Source: an uncultured Gammaproteobacteria bacterium (GTDB lineage: Bacteria > Patescibacteriota > Microgenomatia > UBA10105 > UBA927). From it: a DNA stretch of 64,000 nucleotides. The DNA lies in the NCBI GenBank assembly GCA_964445435.1, contig CAYUKU010000007.1:3653-67652 (forward strand), in the 5' to 3' direction. A program made the translations under genes and the position numbers. The notes beneath the pieces were generated by a model. It saw only the letters and a program-made list of their open reading frames with translations. It was not told where the DNA came from and ran no database searches. Of the stretch, positions 17,807 through 27,971 are shown piece by piece (the stretch's first letter is position 1; every line of letters begins with the position of its first letter).

Positions 17807-19468
17807 ATGGGCGGGCAGGAGCTTGGTCTTTCATTTGGTTCCACAGAAGAGCGCGCAGAAGCGTTTGATGCCGCGCGAAGCATTCTCGAAGCGCCGGTAG
17901 ATATTCCGCTGGAATTCCAATTGCGCCACCCCTGGCGGGAAATTCCACTTGAAGGCGTGCTTCGGATGCACAAGTCGCTTGATTTCCTCTTTGAGAGCGG
18001 CAACATGGCCGCTACCGGCTTGCCCGAGATGGGGAAAGCCGTTGATAAAAGCAGGCCGGAGAAATTCCGCCAGTTGGCAAACGAAAGCGCTGCGTATGAC
18101 CGGTTTGGTTTTATCGCAAGCGTGCAGTTATGGACCGGCTTGGGAGAATTGTACGGTTCTTTTGCCGAACTTCCGGATACGCCTGCGTCGCGGCGGGCAT
18201 GGTACCAGCGGGCCGCCCTAAGCATCAATCACGTGCCGTATCTTTCTGTCGGACAATTGTTTGAGCTTGCCAACATGGGGCCTCTTGGCTACTACCGCAC
18301 CAATGGCGGCATCGGGCGCGTTTCTGCGGAAGGAGAGTTAACCTCCGCGTTTTCCACGCTCAATGAGAGCATTCCGGAATATCCCAGGGCCTATGCGCTT
18401 ACAGTCGAGCAGGCCTACAAGAGACTTTCAGAGGTGCGGGAGTTTCGCCGCGATGATCCGTTTATGGTGTTCGTGTTCGGGGACGGGGAGGGAAAAATCG
18501 GTCAGGCCATCAAGCCGCTCGTCGAAGGCGGATTTCTGGGGGATTTCGTCCATATCGTCATGGTGGATTTATCCGGTAAACTTGTTGACGAGCAGGGGAA
18601 AGCAATCGGCAACGATGAGGTATTTCATCACATCAAGTGGGATGCGCGGCAGATTGGGGGTCTTCTGGGCAGACTGGGCAGGCCCGTCCGGGGTGTCATC
18701 ATCGCGGGCGAAGAGCTTATCGATGTCTTCTCGCCCGTCGTGATTGGGAAGCACCAGGGCAAGCTCATGGAATTGGGATACGACCTTGCGAACCCAGAGC
18801 GCATACGAACCATGGGTATGCCGCTTGATGTGACGCCCTACGGACCGTTCATAGAGAAATTTCTTGCGCTGTTTCCCCGGTATCGGGATATGGTTATGAA
18901 CGGTGATGTTCCGGAAAATCAGGGCGTGCCCATCAATATCGGATTTCTCCAAATGTTGCGGGGGATTGCCGAGAGCAAATTTGCAGGGTATTGGATGATG
19001 GGAGATTATTATGGTGGCGCGTTTGGCACATTCCGAAGAAGCGATTCGTACTTGAAGATGCTTCGTATGAATCCGCCAGTTCGTGGATATACACAGCTTT
19101 CTCCGTCTGCCGCGGTTCCGGTGCGGGTGGCGTTTGACGTCACGTGTGACCTGACGGGCGATGTCGACCCTGCGCTTCTTCAGGTCGGGTATGCCATGGG
19201 GATGCGAAAAGAGCTTCTGGCCAAGCCGTTCCAGTTTATCGACGCGGCGTACGGGAAAAGCGGATTTACTATCCCTGAGATGAAATTGTGGGTGCACAGG
19301 CTGCGCCAAAGAATTCAGCAAGGCCTGACGCCGGAGCAAACGGAATACGTGATGGCGCTCATGGGGCGGGTAGCCGATCTGACCGAGGGACGTATGAATT
19401 TCGTAGGCGCATTTGGTGATCCGAATCTCGTCCCCAGGCTCTACAATCAAACTCCCAAGGAGTGGTAA
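17807..19468 (+). CDS. SAM-dependent methyltransferase, MidA/NDUFAF7-like
   Basis: GYYRT..G, FGDGEGKIG, IIAGEELIDVF (cf. NElfDa), MGDYYG (cf. DYG), DLTGDVD (cf. DITahVd). Confidence 0.65.
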   Translation: MGGQELGLSFGSTEERAEAFDAARSILEAPVDIPLEFQLRHPWREIPLEGVLRMHKSLDFLFESGNMAATGLPEMGKAVDKSRPEKFRQLANESAAYDRFGFIASVQLWTGLGELYGSFAELPDTPASRRAWYQRAALSINHVPYLSVGQLFELANMGPLGYYRTNGGIGRVSAEGELTSAFSTLNESIPEYPRAYALTVEQAYKRLSEVREFRRDDPFMVFVFGDGEGKIGQAIKPLVEGGFLGDFVHIVMVDLSGKLVDEQGKAIGNDEVFHHIKWDARQIGGLLGRLGRPVRGVIIAGEELIDVFSPVVIGKHQGKLMELGYDLANPERIRTMGMPLDVTPYGPFIEKFLALFPRYRDMVMNGDVPENQGVPINIGFLQMLRGIAESKFAGYWMMGDYYGGAFGTFRRSDSYLKMLRMNPPVRGYTQLSPSAAVPVRVAFDVTCDLTGDVDPALLQVGYAMGMRKELLAKPFQFIDAAYGKSGFTIPEMKLWVHRLRQRIQQGLTPEQTEYVMALMGRVADLTEGRMNFVGAFGDPNLVPRLYNQTPKEW

Positions 19469-19470
19469 CT

Positions 19471-19809
19471 ATGACGGAAACATGCCCCGCACCACCGCCA
19501 TGGCAGGAAGATTTGGATCTCGTCGTAGCACTTCAACCGCTCGTTTTCACAAAGCCATTTGAAGCCAACATGGTCTATAAATACGTATTTAGTTTCTTCA
19601 CGAGAGAGCAGGTGGCGCAGACGGTAGAACATCTCGGATTAGAAGAGGTGCGAAGACAGTTCCGCTGGCATTATGTGAATCTCGCTGAAACATTGCTGGA
19701 AAAAGTCGGTGATCCGCGTGATGCCGATCTGACGCTTTCTGCGATACGGATCAATCTGACGAATTGGTTTCTGAAGGAGGAGTCGGAGACCCAGAGCCCA
19801 TCCACGTGA
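19471..19809 (+). CDS. Hypothetical protein
   Basis: AAGGAG SD; starts 2 nt after the upstream stop. Confidence 0.65.
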   Translation: MTETCPAPPPWQEDLDLVVALQPLVFTKPFEANMVYKYVFSFFTREQVAQTVEHLGLEEVRRQFRWHYVNLAETLLEKVGDPRDADLTLSAIRINLTNWFLKEESETQSPST

Positions 19810-20152
19810 GGCCGACATCGCGTGATGAGGCTTTTTTCGCAAGCGTTGCTGCGGCATCATACTGGCCCTGCTGGATGAGGTTGCGCACGTTTTCGAGGGC
19901 CTGGCTCGTGACGTTGGTCTCGTAGTCGCGCACATGTGGAAGCACGATGGGAGCAAGCTCCGGCATGGTGTCGTCCAGAAGCGGAATCGCTTTGTAGAGC
20001 TCCTCAAACGACATGCCGACTTTCAGGATATCCAGTGTCCGCTGGGCGATGGCTTTTGCCCGCACGTCATTAATCTCTCCGGCCTCCATCTTGGCCTGGA
20101 GAAACTCCACAACTTCCAGTTCTATCTGCTCTCGCAGTTCATCGGGGGTCAT
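19751..20152 (-). CDS. Hypothetical helical protein
   Basis: MTPDELREQIELEVVEFL...; CATACT 6 nt upstream of ATG. Confidence 0.75.
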   Translation of the reverse strand: MTPDELREQIELEVVEFLQAKMEAGEINDVRAKAIAQRTLDILKVGMSFEELYKAIPLLDDTMPELAPIVLPHVRDYETNVTSQALENVRNLIQQGQYDAAATLAKKASSRDVGLTWMGSGSPTPPSETNSSD

Positions 20153-20287
20153 GGATCTAGTATGGCGCAAGGGGTGCCAGGGTTCAAGGGGAGTGAGAAA
20201 AGGAGGAAGCGCAGAGAACCAAAATACAACAAAAAACGTAGGCTCTCTGCGCCTCCAGGGTGAAATAAAAAGCGATGGTGCGGGTGG

Positions 20288-20542
20288 CTACTTGATAACG
20301 TAGCCGTTGCGCGGGCACAACTGGTCTTTGAGCACCTCGAGGTTGGTCGCGGTTTGAATAGACGCAACCCGGGTCGGGCCCAACATGGAAACATCAATCG
20401 GATTCAAGACGACTTGTTTTGGATCCTTACTGGTGTTTTCCTTGAATGTTTGGGCGCTTTCCTTGATCACCCGGATGAGTTCCGAGAGATCCATTGCCGA
20501 GGTGTTGTGAGTTGTGACTTCGCGCAGTTCTGTTGTTGACAT
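20288..20542 (-). CDS. Small hypothetical protein (84 aa)
   Basis: GGAGGA SD; TTGACA-17-TATACT promoter at 20729-20701. Confidence 0.65.
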   Translation of the reverse strand: MSTTELREVTTHNTSAMDLSELIRVIKESAQTFKENTSKDPKQVVLNPIDVSMLGPTRVASIQTATNLEVLKDQLCPRNGYVIK

Positions 20543-21150
20543 GCTGTCCTCCAAAATAGGGTGTGATGACACAGTCCCGCATATATCGGGATAGTCACGG
20601 ACATGAGGGTATCCGCGAGTATCCCGATATAGTTCAACGCTTGGTAATGTGCAACTCGATCTGGCCGCCCGGAGACGGGGATCGGGGTGAACCGAGAGGT
20701 AGTATAGATGATGCACTATAGGGTGTCAATATGGCCCATAGTCTTGACAAATGTGCCTTTTTGTGGTAATGTAGCGGTCTTGCCTAACTGCCGTAGGGGA
20801 GTTTTTTGTACTTTAATAAATCCGTGTCCTATGGATTATGGAGGAGATGAGGCGTCCCATTGCGGGGCGTTTTTTCGTCTCTTGCACATCCATAGTAATA
20901 CGGCATAGGAAATTCTAAATGTATTCATGATCCGCACTTCGCGGTAGGGAAGAGGAGTGTCGCTCGTCTTCTGTAGCGCGAAGTGTGTTCGTTTATTTCG
21001 CGAAACGCGTTTCGAGAAAATTCAACCACCCAACTCACCAAGGAGGCAACGGCAAGAAATTAAGGTAAGGCACGACCCAGTAAGAAGAAGTAAGAAAATT
21101 CAACCCAAAAATCCTCGCAAGAGGCGCGTCTAAGGAGCGCGAAAAACATC

Positions 21151-22005
21151 ATGAATACAATCAAACGCTTGGTTCGAAAGTCTGTGTATCTCGTCCTCGC
21201 CGCGGCCCTGCTCATTGGGGGCTTCTACGGCACTGTCAGCGGTGTGAAAGCCGCCAGTGGCACCGTGGACCTCGTCGCCGTCGGCACAGGCAACCACCAG
21301 TTGTACTACATCGGTCAGCCGGGCAATGGCTCGTGCTCGTCGGTCCGCATCCCCCTTGTGGACACGCTCTCTGATACCGCCACCTTCACCCTGCGCCCGC
21401 ACACCATGGTCACCCTGATTGAGACCAACTGGGGCGACTACTGGAAGGTCGTCAATGGCGCGGCTGTCGCGAGCACGGATGTGACTGTGACCGGGTTGGA
21501 AGCCGATTTCACCGCCACCGGCACTGTCACCGTGACTTTGCCCCATGGCATGTCGCGCGACGTGAAGGTCTGCTACGAACACGTCGGCACCGATGCGGAT
21601 GACTTGAACTGGCGCGCGTACGGACTCGGGTCTGACCCCACCGCCAACGTCGTAAAGTTGCCCTTCAAGGACGAAGGCGTGGCGTATAACCACACCCTCA
21701 ACCTCGATGCGGGCGACCACAACTTCCCTGGCGGATTCATCGGGTACCTGATTGACCCGACCGCGACCGGTTTCAAGTTCGTGGTCTACGACCAGACCGC
21801 AGTGACCGTGACCGTCTACGGCTTGCCCGGCGTCAAAGTCTCGCTGACCCCGTCCTGCTCCGGCACCACCTGCGTCGTTAACTTCCCCGATGGGACGACC
21901 CGCGCTGATTGGAGCGCCCCTTCGGTCGTGTACGACTGGGACGGCTCGGGTGATGAACCTGAGACCACGGGCGTGAACGTCACCGACACGAACGCCTTGC
22001 CCTAG
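21151..22005 (+). CDS. Secreted beta-rich protein
   Basis: Signal peptide ending VKA-A; rich in Thr/Val/Gly; strong C/G third-position bias. Confidence 0.85.
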   Translation: MNTIKRLVRKSVYLVLAAALLIGGFYGTVSGVKAASGTVDLVAVGTGNHQLYYIGQPGNGSCSSVRIPLVDTLSDTATFTLRPHTMVTLIETNWGDYWKVVNGAAVASTDVTVTGLEADFTATGTVTVTLPHGMSRDVKVCYEHVGTDADDLNWRAYGLGSDPTANVVKLPFKDEGVAYNHTLNLDAGDHNFPGGFIGYLIDPTATGFKFVVYDQTAVTVTVYGLPGVKVSLTPSCSGTTCVVNFPDGTTRADWSAPSVVYDWDGSGDEPETTGVNVTDTNALP

Positions 22006-22028
22006 GCGCAAACAGACCATCTGCTAAG

Positions 22029-22062
22029 AGATCGCCCGCCCCAATGACGGGCGATCTTCTTC
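22029..22062 (+). terminator. Hairpin/terminator after the secreted-protein gene
   Basis: AGATCGCCCG...CGGGCGATCTTCTT. Confidence 0.55.
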
Positions 22063-22195
22063 CCAGAAAAACAGCGGGGTTTCGTTCTGTCGTGAGACAC
22101 AACAAAAACCTATAGATTTCCTATGCCGCTGTTCCCAGTTCAGGTATTTACCTGGGCTGAGAACAGCGAATCTTCAATTTTGGTACACTACCCCT

Positions 22196-23371
22196 ATGAG
22201 TGATGAGGCCATCCTCGAAACGCATACCGATGCGCGCGCAGATATCCCGCTTGGCCCGGATCGTCCGCGACTTCTCTGGCCCCTGGACTGGGAACGGGAT
22301 GACGTGCAGGCGAAAATCCTCATGTCTGTTTCCCAGGCCTATCCGCGCGGCGGGTGGCTTCACATGGACACCCAACCGCTTCAACTCTATGCCCGGCGGC
22401 TTGCCATGATTGATGAGCAAAGCTACCACCGGTCACTGCCCGAAGTCTATGAAGATATCTACTTGGAGGAAGGGAGTTCTCCCAAAGAGCGCGTCGACCG
22501 GCTCATGGCGACGGCAGAGCTCTCACTTCCGCTTCTTGGTAGATCAGCGCCGCTTCCCGATATCCCCATAAAAGGAGAAGCGCCCCTGTCATGGTATGTG
22601 CACATCGAGCGAAGCGTCTTTGAGGGCGCAGCGGAGCTGCGGTTTATGGCCAAGAAACCGGCACTCTTCAAACGGGGAGTGTTCCTGAAGCGGGATGACG
22701 ACGGTCAACGATTGGGTGATCTCGTGGCAGATGACATACCCGTCTGGACACTGCGCTTTACCCCTGACGACAAAGATAACCCCGTGATTCTTTTTGGCGC
22801 TTCTCAGCGGGTTGCCGAATATGAACTCTTTCCCCTTCAGTCGAACCGCAACTGGTTCCGAAGTGCGTTTGGCGAAAAGCCATTTCCTCCGAATACCCCT
22901 ATCGAGGAGCAGGTAGAGGAGCTCTTTACCCGGTTTGCAAAAGGCAGGGAACGTTTCGACCCGCACATAGCGGGAGCGCGGTATCTGTTTTCCTATTTTC
23001 CCAGCGAGTATGCGGCACGGAAGGTTGAATCTGCCACGGGTTTGTCTCTGGAGCAATTGACGCTGTATGCCGGTCTTCAGTATTTGCAATCATTGGGTTT
23101 CCGTCGGTTTGCCGGCGTCGACGCCGCGTCCCAGCCGTATCTTATCGGACACAGGGAGAAAGGTGATGTCCGCGTGCCGGTTGATTATGACAAGCTGTTT
23201 GGTGATGCGTTTGAGAAGTCAGGAAACCCGCCGTTTCCGTACCGCCTGGAGACCAACGCGGGCGAGTTTAATCTTCCTGATGCGGCGCGCAAAAATCTTC
23301 CGCTTGCGTATGTACCGTTTGGTGTGGCGTTTGCACGGAATTTGTCTCAGGTAAAAGAGCGCAGAGTTTAA
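22196..23371 (+). CDS. Hypothetical protein, weak VirK/YbjX (DUF535)-like
   Basis: FEGAAEL, WTLRFT, ILFGASQ, ATGL...LGFRRFAGV, DYDKLF in DUF535 motif order. Confidence 0.5.
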   Translation: MSDEAILETHTDARADIPLGPDRPRLLWPLDWERDDVQAKILMSVSQAYPRGGWLHMDTQPLQLYARRLAMIDEQSYHRSLPEVYEDIYLEEGSSPKERVDRLMATAELSLPLLGRSAPLPDIPIKGEAPLSWYVHIERSVFEGAAELRFMAKKPALFKRGVFLKRDDDGQRLGDLVADDIPVWTLRFTPDDKDNPVILFGASQRVAEYELFPLQSNRNWFRSAFGEKPFPPNTPIEEQVEELFTRFAKGRERFDPHIAGARYLFSYFPSEYAARKVESATGLSLEQLTLYAGLQYLQSLGFRRFAGVDAASQPYLIGHREKGDVRVPVDYDKLFGDAFEKSGNPPFPYRLETNAGEFNLPDAARKNLPLAYVPFGVAFARNLSQVKERRV

Positions 23372-23375
23372 AAAC

Positions 23376-23406
23376 TAGCTTCGCAAGGCCAGGCCTTGCG
23401 AAGCTA
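23376..23406 (-). repeat. REP-like palindrome family B, copy 2
   Basis: TAGCTTCGCAAGGCCAGGCCTTGCGAAGCTA. Confidence 0.92.
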
Positions 23407-23454
23407 AAATTCATCACTAGCAAGCAAGGACTTTGTTTGATAGGATAGAAACCT

Positions 23455-24741
23455 GTGAACATGACCCCATATAACAAAACAACTCTTCCCAATGGCGTGC
23501 GCCTCATAACTGTCCCCATGGAGGGGGTAAATAGCGTCGCCACATCGGTCATGGTGGCCGTAGGCAGCCGCTACGAGACGCCGAAGATCAACGGCATTTC
23601 CCATTTTCTCGAGCATATGGTGTTCAAAGGCACGACCAAATATCCGACGACCGAGGATGTGAACATGATAGAACGCGCCGGAGGGCTCCAGAATGCCTAT
23701 ACCGATATTGATATCACCAATTACCATAACAAGGTGTTAGCAGTCGATTGGGAGTTAGCGCTAGAGATCAACAAAGAGCTTGCTCTGGCGCCCAAATTGG
23801 AGCAGAAGTATGTGGACAAAGAGCGCGATGTCATCCTGGAGGAAATGAAGCGCTACGATGATGAACCGGCAAGCAAGGTGGGCGAGACGTTTCATACGAT
23901 GATGTATCCGGGTACCCGTCTGGGCATGCGTATCATCGGTGAGGTCGATTCGCTCAAGTCGTCCGATGCCACAACGCTGCGGGACTACCATACCGCGTGG
24001 TACAAACCTTCTCAGATGGTGGTCGTGGTGGCCGGAAAAGTCGATGGTGTGGAACAGAAAATGAAGACGAAGGTGAACGAGTGGTTCGGCTCTCTGGCGG
24101 GCAAGCCGGCCGCCGATTTTGAGAAGGTCAAAGAAAAGCCGCAGACGTCACCCAGAGTCGAAGTCGTCACCAAACCGGACGCCCAGCAAGCACACTTGAC
24201 GCTGGGTTTTCACACGTTTGCGCGGGGATCAGATGACCGCTTCGCTTGGGCGCTTTTTAACCTCATCATGGGCGTGTCGTTTACCTCGCGGCTCTTCAAA
24301 GAAGTGCGCGAGAAGCGGGGCCTGTGCTATCACGTGCGTTCAAGTTCCGACAACTGGGCGGATACCGGGTACTGGTCAATCTATGCGGGTGTGGCAACGG
24401 CGAAGGTTGGTGAGGCCGTGAAAGCCATCGTGCATGAGGTAGCGCTTGCCGCGGATAAGGGCGTGACTGATGAAGAGCTGCGGGTGGCCAAGAAGCGACT
24501 CAAGACGATGTTTGCCTTCAAAAGCGAAGACCCTGAGTTTATGGGCGAATGGTACGGGAGGCAGGAACTTTTCCATGAGCAGGTGATTACGCTCGATGAC
24601 TATATCAAAACGATAGAAAAGATTACAAAAGAAGATATAAATGTATTAACGAAAAAATATTTCCTCGCCAAGAATCTCAACCTCGCCCTCGTGTGGAACA
24701 AGAAAGACGATCCCGCGCTCACCAAGCTCCTCACATTCTAG
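23455..24741 (+). CDS. M16 family zinc peptidase
   Basis: GISHFLEHMVFKGT (HxxEH); SRLFKEVREKRGLCY. Confidence 0.95.
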   Translation: MNMTPYNKTTLPNGVRLITVPMEGVNSVATSVMVAVGSRYETPKINGISHFLEHMVFKGTTKYPTTEDVNMIERAGGLQNAYTDIDITNYHNKVLAVDWELALEINKELALAPKLEQKYVDKERDVILEEMKRYDDEPASKVGETFHTMMYPGTRLGMRIIGEVDSLKSSDATTLRDYHTAWYKPSQMVVVVAGKVDGVEQKMKTKVNEWFGSLAGKPAADFEKVKEKPQTSPRVEVVTKPDAQQAHLTLGFHTFARGSDDRFAWALFNLIMGVSFTSRLFKEVREKRGLCYHVRSSSDNWADTGYWSIYAGVATAKVGEAVKAIVHEVALAADKGVTDEELRVAKKRLKTMFAFKSEDPEFMGEWYGRQELFHEQVITLDDYIKTIEKITKEDINVLTKKYFLAKNLNLALVWNKKDDPALTKLLTF

Positions 24742-24753
24742 TTTCTTGTATTT

Positions 24754-27700
24754 TTATACCGGTTCGAGTCGTATGCCGTGTATATTGGCAACGCCATTAT
24801 TATCCACGGGGATCGTAAGGACGGCTACGGAGTTTATCCGGTCTTCCACTTCCTTGCCGGCGTCGGGAGTTCTGCTTCTTGGATTTACTAATCTGGTTTT
24901 CGGTTGGCGCGTGCGTTTGTCCAGAATCGCCGCGAAATCAGCATTCGCGGCGATATCTTGGGCAAATTGAATCCAGTCAGGATCACTCTCATCGATGGGC
25001 GCGTCGGTTTCGATGATGAAGGGTTTGGAAAATTCTTCACCAATAGCAACTTGGTTCTGGCGCCGGATGCGGAAGGTATACGTGGCTTTACGCGGCGGGA
25101 ATCGGTAGTCAGAGAGGATCGCTCCCATCGTGACGTGGAGCCAGTCTTCCTGGTCAAGCGCGCGCGGGAGCTGGGCGGCGACCCGGAGATCACTAAGAGA
25201 GCGGAACGGACTTGGCTTGGAATAAAATCGTTCGGAAACAAGCCGCTTCGTTTTCCCCAGGCCCGTGATGCGTCGCCAGAGGGGAGCGTCCAGTTGTGTC
25301 GGCCGCTTTTTCAGGCCCGTGAGGGCGCCGATGAGGGATGTTTCTTTCGTGGATGGGTCGGTCAGCTGCTTTTGCGCTTCCCGTATGTCTGCTGCTATCT
25401 GCCGGGCAAACCGGACAGTGCGCGGGACAATGAGGAATCCTGCCGCCGTATTTTCCGGTATGATTTCAAAAAAAGAGGAGTCGATGTTGTCTCCCCGCTG
25501 TAGTGGGATTTGACCGGCAGTTCCGCCGTAGTAGATATTCTCTTTCGGAATCTGCCGCGCGACTATCCGACCGTCTGAGCGTACCGGGTCGGTTGCGGAA
25601 ATGACCGTTGGTGTCGGGATTGTGACCCGGGCGAAGCGTTCAAGCGCAAATACTTTTTTGGGGATGCTTTCTACTTCTTCCTCGCCATCATTGAGAGATA
25701 CGGCGATTCTGATGTTGCGTTGACTTACGGATACGATTCGTGTTTTGACTACACCCAACCGGGATTCGAACACGCAGCCTGCCACGAGGTACTGTGGACG
25801 GATGGTTCCGTTGACGGTGTAGATATCCTCCTCATCGACGACACGTTTGGCAAACAGCCGCCGGTCAACGATTTGTGGAGAACGGTCCTGATATCCGGTT
25901 GCGAAAATGACGCGGTCTACCGTTTTTCTTTTGACGCCGTCTTCTGCTTCCCACTGCACGGTGATGCGACCGTTGTCTTCTTCCGATATGGTAAAGGCGC
26001 GGCCTTCTTCCGGTTTGATTCGAGAATAGGTATATTCAGGCCGCGGCATGTCCAAAGAAACGCGGGCGTATCGGGGGCGTAGTTTTTCCAGGAGTCCTTT
26101 TTTGTCCGTGGCGTCTTGCCCGACCCAGGTGATGTTCTGCGGCCAGTCGAGCTGATGGACGGATGCGCTTGCATCCGGTCCGTATCCGAGAAGATCTTCC
26201 AACACCGTATAGGCGCTGTCGCCTTCACCGATGACCATGATGTCTCCGGTGAAATCACGCCGTGGGAATTCGTTGCCGCCGTTTCCCGTTGCCTTCCAGT
26301 ACCATGACGAGTGAAGTACTTTCGGGGTCATGCCGCGCGCAAGATCGAGTCGCGCACGGTCCAGAAGTTGCCGTGTGCGCGGCAATTGAGTGTCGATACC
26401 GGGGAACGCTTCTTCTCCCAGGCCGCTGAAGTTGATAACGCGGTTTGTGTAGACGATGAGTGCGCGTTCGCCGTCGGGTTCACGAATGGTGATGTTCACC
26501 GCATATTTGGCGCCGAATCGCCGTTGTGCGAGTTCACCTAAAGGCAGAATCCCAGTGACGGTTGAACGGATGAGTGTCGGAGCAGAGAGCAGGTCATTCG
26601 TCCGGATCGCTCGTGCGATGGTACGCTGCGGCGTATATGTATCACCAGTGAGATCAGGGACCTGGACGACGGCATGGGGCCCCAGGGAGTTAAGATTGCC
26701 TTTCCGGCCAGGGACACCTTCCTGCAGCCGGTTTTCCGGCCGCGTGCGGCTATTGAGGTAGTATTTCTCGGTTTCCGCCTCGGCAAACTGTCCACCCAGA
26801 CGATCCGCTCCATCTACAAGAAGCATTTCCGCCTCAGGCATCAGGTGCCGCAATTCGCTGGCAAAGACGCTTGCATGAAGGCCGCTGCCCACAACAAGCG
26901 TATCTACGACGTTATACCCGCTTCGGATGAGCGATTCGATGCGGTTGCTTTCTCTGTCCGTTGCCCGGTCGAGTGATTTGTCCATAAGCCAGCCGAACCG
27001 AACGGATTTGTATATGCCGGAGAAAAGTGCCGCGAGCGTACGGTGCGTTTCGCGGACGTCTTGGGTACTTTTCGCAAACTCCTTGCGCCTTCCGAGGATC
27101 GGGGCGATTTCGTTCTTAAACTGCCGGATGCGGGAAGCGACAGCGAAAAACTCGCGTAAAAAAGGAATCCGCAGTCGCTGCATGCGGTATTCGTGACTTT
27201 TGATTTCCGGCGGCTTGTCGCCGGGATCGTATTCGACTCTGGGATACGTGCCGTATTTCACGATAATCTCACGCGATCTGGTTGCTGCGGTTACTATGGT
27301 TTTCGTCGTTTCTTTGTTGTTTCGGATGGCTCGGTCGGTAGCGTTTTTCAATGGGGCATTGGTGGAGTCGTCCTTGTTGTACGGCAGACCGATCACCATC
27401 TTGACCACGCGGGTAATTGCTTTTACACGTTCTGTGGTCGTGCCGTCGACGATACCGGTTCGTTCGTTGTCTGTCCAGAGACGTTTCGCATCAATGGTAA
27501 GATCCTCTGCCAGGAAATCCGCTCCATCGGTGATATTTCTGTTTAGGGGTGTCGCAAGGCGGGCGAGCGAGTCGACTGCGATGATCGTAACGAGTGTTTT
27601 CTCGCTTTTCGTGAGCGGCTTTTTCGTTATGCTTTCCAGTCCGTCTGTCGTAAAGGTGCCCACTTCGGGACCGGGTTTCAACTGCGCCGTTTTCTCAATA

Positions 27701-27885
27701 ATTGCGCCTATATTGTCTCCCAAATCCGCAAGCGTTTGGGCAAACTCCTGCTTCGCGAACCCAGAGGCAACGCGCTGCTGTTTGTCATTGTAATCTCGGA
27801 TAACGAGCGATACGAGTGCTTCAAACTGTCGCGTTTGCGTCCAGCGCGGAAGCTCACGGAGTGGTTGTATTTCACCCTCAGGCAT
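24754..27885 (-). CDS. Large FAD/NAD(P)-dependent oxidoreductase, flavin monooxygenase-like
   Basis: VVGSGLHA...DGADRLGGQF, VIGEGDSA, VIFATGY; start taken as MPEGEIQ. Confidence 0.7.
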   Translation of the reverse strand: MPEGEIQPLRELPRWTQTRQFEALVSLVIRDYNDKQQRVASGFAKQEFAQTLADLGDNIGAIIEKTAQLKPGPEVGTFTTDGLESITKKPLTKSEKTLVTIIAVDSLARLATPLNRNITDGADFLAEDLTIDAKRLWTDNERTGIVDGTTTERVKAITRVVKMVIGLPYNKDDSTNAPLKNATDRAIRNNKETTKTIVTAATRSREIIVKYGTYPRVEYDPGDKPPEIKSHEYRMQRLRIPFLREFFAVASRIRQFKNEIAPILGRRKEFAKSTQDVRETHRTLAALFSGIYKSVRFGWLMDKSLDRATDRESNRIESLIRSGYNVVDTLVVGSGLHASVFASELRHLMPEAEMLLVDGADRLGGQFAEAETEKYYLNSRTRPENRLQEGVPGRKGNLNSLGPHAVVQVPDLTGDTYTPQRTIARAIRTNDLLSAPTLIRSTVTGILPLGELAQRRFGAKYAVNITIREPDGERALIVYTNRVINFSGLGEEAFPGIDTQLPRTRQLLDRARLDLARGMTPKVLHSSWYWKATGNGGNEFPRRDFTGDIMVIGEGDSAYTVLEDLLGYGPDASASVHQLDWPQNITWVGQDATDKKGLLEKLRPRYARVSLDMPRPEYTYSRIKPEEGRAFTISEEDNGRITVQWEAEDGVKRKTVDRVIFATGYQDRSPQIVDRRLFAKRVVDEEDIYTVNGTIRPQYLVAGCVFESRLGVVKTRIVSVSQRNIRIAVSLNDGEEEVESIPKKVFALERFARVTIPTPTVISATDPVRSDGRIVARQIPKENIYYGGTAGQIPLQRGDNIDSSFFEIIPENTAAGFLIVPRTVRFARQIAADIREAQKQLTDPSTKETSLIGALTGLKKRPTQLDAPLWRRITGLGKTKRLVSERFYSKPSPFRSLSDLRVAAQLPRALDQEDWLHVTMGAILSDYRFPPRKATYTFRIRRQNQVAIGEEFSKPFIIETDAPIDESDPDWIQFAQDIAANADFAAILDKRTRQPKTRLVNPRSRTPDAGKEVEDRINSVAVLTIPVDNNGVANIHGIRLEPV

Positions 27886-27971
27886 AGATGTAACCAGTAT
27901 TACAAAGCAGCTATATCTCTGGCAATACCCGTCCTTGACAAGCGGAATTGTTTTTATCACTATGGGTGTAT

